64,000 nucleotides of DNA from NCBI GenBank assembly GCA_964019335.1, contig OZ025742.1, positions 248,001 through 312,000 on the forward strand, read 5' to 3'. Positions 56,801-64,000 of this stretch are shown here, in pieces (positions within the stretch are counted from its first letter, which is position 1; each line of letters opens with the position of its first letter). Under the pieces are notes generated by a model, which had not been told where the DNA came from, made no database searches, and saw nothing but the letters and a program-made list of their open reading frames with translations. The DNA is from Diplonema japonicum. Lineage: Eukaryota > Protista > Euglenozoa: Diplonemea. The translations under genes and the position numbers were made by a program.

Positions 56801-59800
56801 TGTGGGGGCACCGACACCACCACAACGGGAGTCACCATCACTGCAACTGCTACGGGAGGGGCTGCGATGACGAGCAGTTCCGTGTCTTTTGTGAACGGTG
56901 TTGCCGTCTTCGACAATCTGATATTTACTAGTGTGCCTGGCACACCTGCCACGGTCACCTTTCAGTCCACGCAGGTCTCCGGAAACTTAGCCACTGGCGT
57001 CGTCAGTGTCACGGTCTCTACGGTCAGTGCGTTCAGTACTATCTTCTACGACCCCACCCCTGTGACGCTCCCTGTGAGTGTGGTGGAAGACGAGCCTTTT
57101 ACGACAACAATTTGGCTGCTAGACGACCAAGGCCATCACGACACTTTGTCGCCAGGCGTCACCATCACTCCAGAGGTTGATGCTGCCGTTGCGTCCGTCT
57201 TCACTGTCACTGCGCCCGCAGTAGTGGTGTCGTCAGGCACAGCGGTGTTGAACGTCACCCTGAAGAGGTCGGGGGCTGCTGTGTGTCCTACCACAAGCTT
57301 CGACATCCGCTTTGCTGCAAGTGCCTCTGGCAAACCTGTCAATGGGAAATTCGTCGCGCGCTCCTTTACCGTCGTGGGGAGGAAGGCCGCTGGTGCCAAA
57401 CGAACAAGCGCAACACTACCGACGGCTCTGCAAGGAGGGACAGGTGCTGAACTGCCGGACTACACTCTCTCGTTGCTTGACTCTTGCGGAGAAGTTGACA
57501 CGGTCACCACTGGTGTTGAGGTGGTGGTCGCTGATGCTGCAAACGCTGGACTAGTAGCGTTGGGACTGGTGTGCAGTGGGTCTCCTTGCTTCCCATTCAC
57601 GAATGGTGTGGCCACCGTGCGTGGGTTGCACCCCACAACGTGTGTCACGACGCCGCTTGCCTTGCGGTACTCGTTTGTGCAAACAGAGAACCTAGTGTAC
57701 CCTGTCCTCAGCGAGACGGTCACGGAGCAGACAACCGTCCAGGTTGTAGCGGTCCCTGACACTAGGTTAGCCTTCGTGAACGACCAGGCACTGTCCTTCT
57801 TCACCGCTGCCAACCAAGACAAAACGGTGACAGGCAGCAAGGTAGACACGGTAAGGGTCCAGCTCATGGACTCATGCGGGGGCACCTCAAGCACGTCAGG
57901 AACGCACGTCACTGTAACCCCAGACTCGTCTGCGGTGCACCTCCAAGGTGCGACGGGTGTCACAGACCAGAACGGCGTCGCGGTGTTCCCGAACATCACG
58001 TTCGTCGGGTGCACCGGCTTGGCTCCGACGCTGACGTTTCAAGTGACGAGCAGCGCGAAGGTGACAACAGGACATGTCACTTTGCAGGCGATAAAGAACG
58101 AAGGCTTGGTGTTCCTGCCAGGGTCATTCTTCACTATTGAACACAAACATAAGACAGTCACCTTGGGGAGCGTGTTGCCAGAGATCACCATAGGAACTGT
58201 TGACTCTTGCGATGTGGCAGACACGACAAGCCCGGCAGGGACAAAGATAAAGGTGACGAGCAGTGGGGGTGTTCTCGAAGGGGGTGTCGTGGACATGGTG
58301 AACGGTGTGGCGAGGCTGGCGGGGCTGAAATTTACCTCACTACCGGACCACGACGTGAAGCTGACCTTCACGGTGGACCCCGTTCCGTTGCAGATGCCTC
58401 GCAGTGTGCTTGTGTCGGGAGACGTCACCGTCGCACCCAACGTGGTTGTAGCATCGAACATTCGGTTCGGAACCAGCTCGCATTTTACAGAAGAACACTT
58501 AGAGGTGGACACAACTCTCAACTACCCCTTCCCACCCATTGTCATCAACCTAGAGAACTCCCTCCACGTCCTTGACACCACCACCTCTGGCATCACCATT
58601 ACCGTTACAAGCGACGACCTGCAGCTTTCAGGCACCACGTGCACCATCATCTCTGGGATATGCACTTTTTCAGCACTCGTTGTAACATCTTGCTCCAGCA
58701 CGCTTCCGCTGCCTACAATTGTCTTCACCGCGGTCGGCACAGGTGAACACCCTGTCAATGGACACACACTCCACTCCGGTGGTGTTAATGTGAAGGGTGC
58801 AACAAACTCCGCGCTCAAGTTCGGTCCAGGGTCGTACTTCACCAATGAAAAGGAAGCCCACACGGCGACGAAGGGCGTCCCTCTTCCGGAGATCGTGTTG
58901 ACGATTCTCGACTCTTGCGGGAGGTTGCAAACAGACGCCGTTGGGAGCATTGCTGCAACCGGTGCGGGGTGCACGTTAGAAGGCGACCATGAAGCGGTGG
59001 TAGGGGGTTACGCAAGGTTCAGCAGCCTCGTCATGACAGAAGCGACAGCCACGTCGACAGCCATCGTGTTCAAGTACACCCCTGTTGCGGGGGGTCCCGC
59101 ACTGCTCACAGCGACAACGGGAGTGGTAACGATGCAACAAGCACCCATCCCGTCTGCGAACATGAAGTTCGAAAGCACATCGGCGATTACAGAAGAAGGG
59201 AAGACCCTGACAATAACGCATGGGATGAGCGTGGCGCGTGTTTTGATACAAATTGAAGACTCAGCCCATCAGACCTCTCAAGACAGCGCAACCAAGGTAA
59301 CGGTGGACGGCGGTGCGCTCCTCCCGACCACTGTAAGGACAGCGGTTAACGGGATCGTCGAGTTTGAAAGCCTTGTCTTTTCAACGTGTGGGGACGGGAA
59401 GCTTAAATTCACAGCAGAGTCAACTGGCAAACCAGTGCACGGCCACACCCTGACAACAGGTACGATCTCTGTGGTAGGCCGTCCTGGAGAAAGTGCGTCT
59501 CTTCACTTGAACGAGTCTAATATCGAAGCAGGCTATGCAGCGGTGTACGCTGTTGACAGTTGTGGTAAGACATCTGACATTTCCGGGTGGGGGGTGGCTT
59601 CAACAACTGGTGTGAAATGTACTGGTGTGCATGGGAAATGTGAATTGTTTTCGCTGGACACGGCCAGCCAGCAGAATCTTACCGTCACTGCCCCTCATAT
59701 GGTAATGGATGGTGTTGTGTTGATGCTGCCGGCTTCGAACAAATCGAAGGTTAACACCACACCCGTTTCAACGCCTGGCGAAGATGGTGGAACGGTAACC

Positions 59801-60106
59801 GTTACTTTGGTGGACGGGGGCAGTGGTGATGAATTCCCGGCGTACTACTTCTACATTGGTATGGGTGGGTTGTTCCTGATCATTGTGATCCCTCTTGTTC
59901 TTTGGAAGCGTAAGCAAGCGCATACCGTCCACTTCGGCGATTTCGTCCATGCGGATCCCCACAGCTATCAGCGCACGCTGGATGGGCTTGATCAGTATGA
60001 CAGGGCCATGCTTGCGTCGCAAAAGTCACCTCCCGAGGAGGGCTACCATAAATTCAAGACCTACGAGGCTGATAACACGGAGCTCCAGCCGAATTTTACG
60101 TTGTAG
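53837..60106 (+). CDS. Type I membrane zinc metallopeptidase (metzincin, M6/M11-like) with a long stalk of Ig-like repeats
   Basis: Signal peptide MLCSLLVCCCLLANPAAS; VLVIPVEFPD; HEIGHNLGRNH and Met-turn DVMG. Repeated LLDSCG...NGVAxF beta-rich units. TM segment YYFYIGMGGLFLIIVIPLVLW. Confidence 0.88.
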   Translation: MLCSLLVCCCLLANPAASVSRLEENFKLIKREAAARGSLRNVSKVLYETRDKLLWEELKTNGPSDVLAYQAMKLNLLYDAVAVCSRVSHPHGALKGAYPAVCTTQNGQTLTVQLPLKNKGLHSTDPICLSYYEISSKRMYIATTGLLEYPVPEGEPQSRLVYTKFQNVYHSFANREEMQNFLPEQSRQGKALLAKESPGGWKRTATTKTGTWNVLVIPVEFPDLAGWPITQSAAMDPAKYQAVYGANGDVDRFYEEASDGKLRFTAEVTSLMTAPKSTSYYLTVQYGFLNELLDDVLVQLTNSGKDIYSYDNWIVSTSSITGVSYSGLGHIGYKGLHINGADSAGTASHEIGHNLGRNHAHSQKPYYDYGSRLDVMGAGSGSNPVFGTHGKIGFGWLDETCDVAETGANGNTFRLYRHDHRNAKGHRAVRLGWYWHQRYYWLEYRAEHGWGCSSTCTTPPYPYSATTSQLRKGVVITEERAGYIFTDDSRLVDATPGTDVRSAPEDVTVVQGTPYTLRYDAETAGAEYATVEVVGSGGTSPNEYLDVKVTYIRGACAFSDDGSPPCADRCTHHHLTDPNPQSWTISDLTEFATDITVEQGRTATGISLVAFAVHGTVTTATVTVYNDASGSPGSSIASVDYTVQASTNINIVPSKSDALGLLSLSPGRYWVAVKPKFDTYPVYLKVVQNSVLGTDGVHKDTTGSWQAMTGVDVAMDVAMECSGTANAATAISITQQPPAMVNSGATFPLSVRFVDASGKGVVIPAGMVVDVEIGNNPGSGHLLTQHAITSDGYTKCLTFDIAVDTGGSGYTLEISGDSLTATTTAFEVISTTASATTLAFSGLWTTVGETATVQQNGALGGMTPVKVLVLKSNGAVDVAISGLVITATSPTAGATLQNAAATVTAGVATFNMLSISSCGDVELVFTADATSLLPVAGKQLTTGIITVTPLMAASYEFSTNSLVKFPGQAFNALLNTPVSPIRLTLLDSCGGTDTTTTGVTITATATGGAAMTSSSVSFVNGVAVFDNLIFTSVPGTPATVTFQSTQVSGNLATGVVSVTVSTVSAFSTIFYDPTPVTLPVSVVEDEPFTTTIWLLDDQGHHDTLSPGVTITPEVDAAVASVFTVTAPAVVVSSGTAVLNVTLKRSGAAVCPTTSFDIRFAASASGKPVNGKFVARSFTVVGRKAAGAKRTSATLPTALQGGTGAELPDYTLSLLDSCGEVDTVTTGVEVVVADAANAGLVALGLVCSGSPCFPFTNGVATVRGLHPTTCVTTPLALRYSFVQTENLVYPVLSETVTEQTTVQVVAVPDTRLAFVNDQALSFFTAANQDKTVTGSKVDTVRVQLMDSCGGTSSTSGTHVTVTPDSSAVHLQGATGVTDQNGVAVFPNITFVGCTGLAPTLTFQVTSSAKVTTGHVTLQAIKNEGLVFLPGSFFTIEHKHKTVTLGSVLPEITIGTVDSCDVADTTSPAGTKIKVTSSGGVLEGGVVDMVNGVARLAGLKFTSLPDHDVKLTFTVDPVPLQMPRSVLVSGDVTVAPNVVVASNIRFGTSSHFTEEHLEVDTTLNYPFPPIVINLENSLHVLDTTTSGITITVTSDDLQLSGTTCTIISGICTFSALVVTSCSSTLPLPTIVFTAVGTGEHPVNGHTLHSGGVNVKGATNSALKFGPGSYFTNEKEAHTATKGVPLPEIVLTILDSCGRLQTDAVGSIAATGAGCTLEGDHEAVVGGYARFSSLVMTEATATSTAIVFKYTPVAGGPALLTATTGVVTMQQAPIPSANMKFESTSAITEEGKTLTITHGMSVARVLIQIEDSAHQTSQDSATKVTVDGGALLPTTVRTAVNGIVEFESLVFSTCGDGKLKFTAESTGKPVHGHTLTTGTISVVGRPGESASLHLNESNIEAGYAAVYAVDSCGKTSDISGWGVASTTGVKCTGVHGKCELFSLDTASQQNLTVTAPHMVMDGVVLMLPASNKSKVNTTPVSTPGEDGGTVTVTLVDGGSGDEFPAYYFYIGMGGLFLIIVIPLVLWKRKQAHTVHFGDFVHADPHSYQRTLDGLDQYDRAMLASQKSPPEEGYHKFKTYEADNTELQPNFTL

Positions 60107-60155
60107 GAAGGGGGACACACGATCCGATCCTGATTTTTGAAAGAACTGAAAAACA

Positions 60156-60204
<49 letters not shown>

Positions 60205-60833
60205 GCCATATCACAATTTCTGTCGTATTCGCAGTAGGTCGTTTCTTTTTATTTTTTTCTTAGACGAAAAAAAAAAAAACTTTTTTAACCCCGAAAAAGC
60301 CTCCTCCTCCTCTCCCCTCCCTCCCAGCAAGGTGACCCCGCGCTTGTCGATGAACGCAAACAAAGAAAAAAAAAAAAAAAAAAAAAACGCAAACCTTTCA
60401 AAAAAAAATCCCGTTTTTATCCCCCTTCTTTTTCTTCTTTTTTTTTTTCTTGCTCAAAGAAGTAGCTTTTAGCTGACACTGCAACCGAAATTGAAACCTT
60501 TTTTTTTTTTTTTTTTTTTAACCTCTTGAAGGGAGGGGAAATAATAGACAAATAAAAAAAGCAATTTTTGTTGGGGGGGTACAAATAAACTAGAATGGGG
60601 AAAAGGCTACTAACTGGTATCCAAGATATTCGTGAAGAACCTCCCCCTTTCTTTCTTTTTTTCTTTTCTTTTTTCGCGCGAGGATGCAATGCAAAGGTTT
60701 GAAAAGAGAACAAACCAACCAACCAGCAACCTGTATGGTCATGAGTACTCGGGCAACCAGACCGGGTGAGCGTCTCGAGACACTTCCAACCCACCTAATG
60801 GGTGCGGCCTTAGCAAGTCGAAAAAAGAAGTGG

Positions 60834-60866
<33 letters not shown>

Positions 60867-61380
60867 TGAGGAGGGGGGAACTAACAGAAACAAAAAAAAA
60901 AACCCCTTGGAACCCTGCTTTTTGAAGTGTTATGCTCTAAATGTTCTCTAATTCTTTTAATTTCAACATCGGAGAAAGAGGGGGAAAGGGGGATACAACT
61001 CTATCTTCTTCAATGCTCTGTTTCACTCCCCCCCCCCCCCCCCCACCTTTGCCTCATGTCTGTGTTCACCGTATTAAAAGAAAAAGAGAAAAAAAAATGC
61101 GATTACCTCACCTGGGAGGAATATATCAGTCAGCCTTGTGGTTTTTTTATTTTTATTTTTTTGAAATTGTTTTATTTTCCTTATTTGGTTTCCCCTCTTA
61201 CCCTCATGCCTTCTTCTTTTTTTTTTATGGAAGAAAAAAAAGAAGAAAAAAAAAAAGAGCGAAAAGAAAAGAAAAATAAATAAGAAACAATAGCTCATTG
61301 CTATGCAATGTAGAACACGGGTTTTGTCTCCTTTCCCTGGTTTCCAATTCAATAAACCCGTTCAGGAAAATCAAGAAGAA

Positions 61381-62235
61381 ATGTCTGACAGACGCGATAG
61401 GGGCAGGGATAGGGACAACAGGAAGGACGATCGAGGCGACAGGGGTGGAGACAGAGACAGAGACAGGGACAGGGACAGGGACAGGGACAGCAACAGGGGT
61501 AGAGACAGGAGCGGGGACAGAGACAGAGACAGGGACAGAGACAGAGCCAGAGACAGAGACAGAGACAGGGACAGGGACAGCAACAGGGGTAGAGACAGGA
61601 GCGGGGACAGGGACAGAGACAGAGACAGGGACAGGAGCGGGGACAGAGACAGAGACAGGAGCGGGGACAGGGACAGAGCCCTGGTCTCTCGCAAAAGAAG
61701 CAGCTCAGCATCAAGCAGCTCCTCAGGAGGGTCAACCTCTTCTTCCGAAGATGCGGCAGAGAAGAAGAAGCCGAACTGGGAAACCACAGGGATGCTGAAG
61801 AAAGACGAAGGGCAGACCTACAAGGGCAGGGTGCTGAAGTGGAAGCAGCCAGGCGACATGAAGCAGAGCAAAAGGAAGTGGGTGCTGTACGTGTTCAAAG
61901 ACGGCAAAGCACTGGAGGGCGAAGATGCTTATTTCGACCTCAGCCTACACCCTGCCTTCATGTTCGGGAGGGACGCCCCCATTTGCGACATTCCCTTGGC
62001 CCACCCCAGCATCAGCATGCAGCACGCGGTGCTTGTCTTCAGGAGCACAGTCTCTGAAAACACCGACAAAAACACCATACGGCCCTTCATCATGGACCTT
62101 GGGTCCACTAATGGCACGTTTCTCAACAAGGAGAGGATCCGGTCAAACACTTACGAGTCCTTGACACCCAACTGCATGCTGCAGTTCGGTAACTCCTCTC
62201 GAGAGTTCATCTTAATGGATGCAACAAAAGTGTAA
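61381..62235 (+). CDS. SNIP1: SNIP1/Pml1-like FHA-domain splicing factor with N-terminal RD repeats
   Basis: [10 protein letters not shown]...W.LYVFK...FGRD...[14 protein letters not shown]...[15 protein letters not shown]...FGNSSREF. The in-frame ATG at 61303 is an alternative start. Confidence 0.85.
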   Translation: MSDRRDRGRDRDNRKDDRGDRGGDRDRDRDRDRDRDSNRGRDRSGDRDRDRDRDRARDRDRDRDRDSNRGRDRSGDRDRDRDRDRSGDRDRDRSGDRDRALVSRKRSSSASSSSSGGSTSSSEDAAEKKKPNWETTGMLKKDEGQTYKGRVLKWKQPGDMKQSKRKWVLYVFKDGKALEGEDAYFDLSLHPAFMFGRDAPICDIPLAHPSISMQHAVLVFRSTVSENTDKNTIRPFIMDLGSTNGTFLNKERIRSNTYESLTPNCMLQFGNSSREFILMDATKV

Positions 62236-62349
62236 AGGGGGGGAGGGGAAAACAAAAACACTTTTTTTTTTTTTTTTTTTTTCCTGCTTCGGTCACCACT
62301 TTTATAAATCGCAACCTACAGGTTTTTCTTTCCCTCAAAAAAAAAAAAA

Positions 62350-64000
62350 ATGGACGGGAAAAGCGCCGACGACGGCGCCACAACAAAGCAGGAATTCGAC
62401 CCCCAAGAAGAGAGGTACTATGTGCACGGGTCGTGTTTCGTAACATACGAGGGCTTCAGAGCCTGTCCTATGGGGAGGGACATTTTAGGTGGTGACGAAC
62501 CGTACAATTCGGAGAAGGAATGCGAGGAGGCCTTCGCGATGCTGATGACCCGAACGGAGTATGAGAAGGGCGGGGACCACTGGGCACTGCAGCAAATGGG
62601 CGACACGGGCACACCGTGGAAGCAGCTGTCAGGGTTCGAAAAGGTGGAGACTGTCATCGTCAACGTTGTGAAATTCTTCAGCATCTGGGGGGTGCTGTAT
62701 CTGTTCATTATCTCGCTGGGCCTGATGGGGAACGCCTTCAAGATTCTTGGCGGGAAGTCATCCGGCCGAGCATTCCGCGAAAGCGAGCTCCTCTCCAACC
62801 CAGTAGCCGGGCTTGCAATCGGGATCCTCGCTACTGTTCTGATGCAGTCCTCGTCGACCACCACGTCCATCGTCATCTCGATGGCCGCAGCCGAGCTAGT
62901 TACAGTTGAAGACGCAGCTTACTTAGTTATGGGTGCGAACATTGGTACATCTGTCACCAACACCATTGTTTCCATTGCTCACCTGAACAGCCCGGCCGAG
63001 TACAGGCGAGCTTTCACAGGCGCTGTTTTCCACGATATGTTCAATTGGCTTACTGTGAGCATGTTCCTTCCCCTTGAAGCTGCTTCGGGGTTTCTCAAGG
63101 AACTTGCTGGGTCTGCGGTGGATTCGATGAACCTTGACGGCGAGAAGCGCGGCAAGGTGGAGTTCATCAAGAAGATCACGAACCCCGCCTCCGGCCGTGT
63201 CGTGTCTGTTGACAAGAAACTTATTGAAAAGATCGCGCAAGCATCCTCCTCTGAAGAGGTTCGTAGGCTTGAAAGGCAGACCATCATTAAGCAAACCTCT
63301 GGTCACGTGCTTCGCGACACGCCTATCTCGGACGACGACGCGGGTATTCTGCTCCTCTTCGTGTCCCTCACAATGCTCACGACCTGTCTGCTGCTGCTCG
63401 TCAAGCTGCTCCAATCGGTGCTGAAGGGTGGCGTGGCGTCGTGGACCAGGTATTTCTTGAACATCGAGTTCAAGCACCCCGTTCTGAAAATGTTCGGCGG
63501 GATGGACAACTACCTGCTCCTCTTGTTCGGCACGGGATGCACCATCCTGGTGCAGTCCAGTTCGGTGTTCACGTCCACGCTAACACCTTTAGTAGGCATT
63601 GGCATCATTCACATTGAGAAACTTGTTGCACTGACGCATGGTGCCAACATCGGTACTACTGTGACTGGTGTCTTGTCGGCTCTGTCCAGCGACAACGTTG
63701 ACATTGGTATGAGGGTTGCCTTTGAGCACGTGCTGTTCAACCTGCTCGGGACAGTCGTGTGGTTCATGGTCTGGCCCCTCCGTCCCGTGCCCCTCGCCCT
63801 TGCCAAGTTCATGGGTGATACGGCAGCCAACCTCCGCTGGTTCCCCCTCGCCTACATTTTGTTGGCCTTCCTCGCCCTCCCCGGCAGCATCATCGCCCTC
63901 TCCCTCCCTGGCTGGCAGGTTCTCGTCGCAGTCGGCGTGCCGCTCTTCATCATCGTGTTCCTGACTCTTACGCTGATATGGGTGCGCCGCAACCGCGCCG
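62350..64000 (+). CDS. SLC34/NptA-type sodium-dependent phosphate cotransporter (runs off window end; absent from ORF track)
   Basis: Translated by hand: LYLFIISLGLMGNAF...NPVAGLAIGILATVLMQSSSTTTSI...GANIGTSVTNT, plus a second repeat LVQSSSVFTS...GANIGTT. Confidence 0.92.
   Translation, partial: MDGKSADDGATTKQEFDPQEERYYVHGSCFVTYEGFRACPMGRDILGGDEPYNSEKECEEAFAMLMTRTEYEKGGDHWALQQMGDTGTPWKQLSGFEKVETVIVNVVKFFSIWGVLYLFIISLGLMGNAFKILGGKSSGRAFRESELLSNPVAGLAIGILATVLMQSSSTTTSIVISMAAAELVTVEDAAYLVMGANIGTSVTNTIVSIAHLNSPAEYRRAFTGAVFHDMFNWLTVSMFLPLEAASGFLKELAGSAVDSMNLDGEKRGKVEFIKKITNPASGRVVSVDKKLIEKIAQASSSEEVRRLERQTIIKQTSGHVLRDTPISDDDAGILLLFVSLTMLTTCLLLLVKLLQSVLKGGVASWTRYFLNIEFKHPVLKMFGGMDNYLLLLFGTGCTILVQSSSVFTSTLTPLVGIGIIHIEKLVALTHGANIGTTVTGVLSALSSDNVDIGMRVAFEHVLFNLLGTVVWFMVWPLRPVPLALAKFMGDTAANLRWFPLAYILLAFLALPGSIIALSLPGWQVLVAVGVPLFIIVFLTLTLIWVRRNRA

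Noticed and set aside
61349-61798. CPCLCL, LSLSLS and TETGTG ORFs
   Set aside because: Alternative frames of the RD-repeat region of the SNIP1-like gene.

Overview
Eukaryotic DNA. It looks like a euglenozoan protist (diplonemid/kinetoplastid style), an inference from intron-less genes all on the + strand and long poly-A/poly-T intergenic tracts. The left 42 kb is a tandem array of 8 paralogous genes. Each encodes a ubiquitin-like domain, two degenerate cap LRRs, 12-27 near-identical 25-aa (75-bp) BspA/TpLRR-type modules and a basic tail. The ~156 modules are almost invariant except at two di-residues and one post-Cys residue, which are combined differently in every gene. The spacers between genes are near-identical segmental duplicates carrying piggyBac and pogo fragments, truncated zeta-toxin-like genes and a truncated Ser/Thr kinase. 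This is the best candidate for an undescribed system: a rapidly reshuffled, intracellular, modular recognition repertoire. The spacers also hold an unusual 3'-coterminal, tail-less, TSD-forming element that ends in a splice-acceptor-like sequence. Right of the array are an intact D/D-zeta-toxin-glutaredoxin gene, two TTAA/TIR-bounded defective piggyBacs, a long GCGAAGC-capped hairpin and single-copy genes (F-box, two hypotheticals, a membrane metallopeptidase with Ig-like repeats, a SNIP1-like FHA protein and an SLC34 Na/Pi cotransporter). Family calls rest on motif recognition by eye; no database searches were run.
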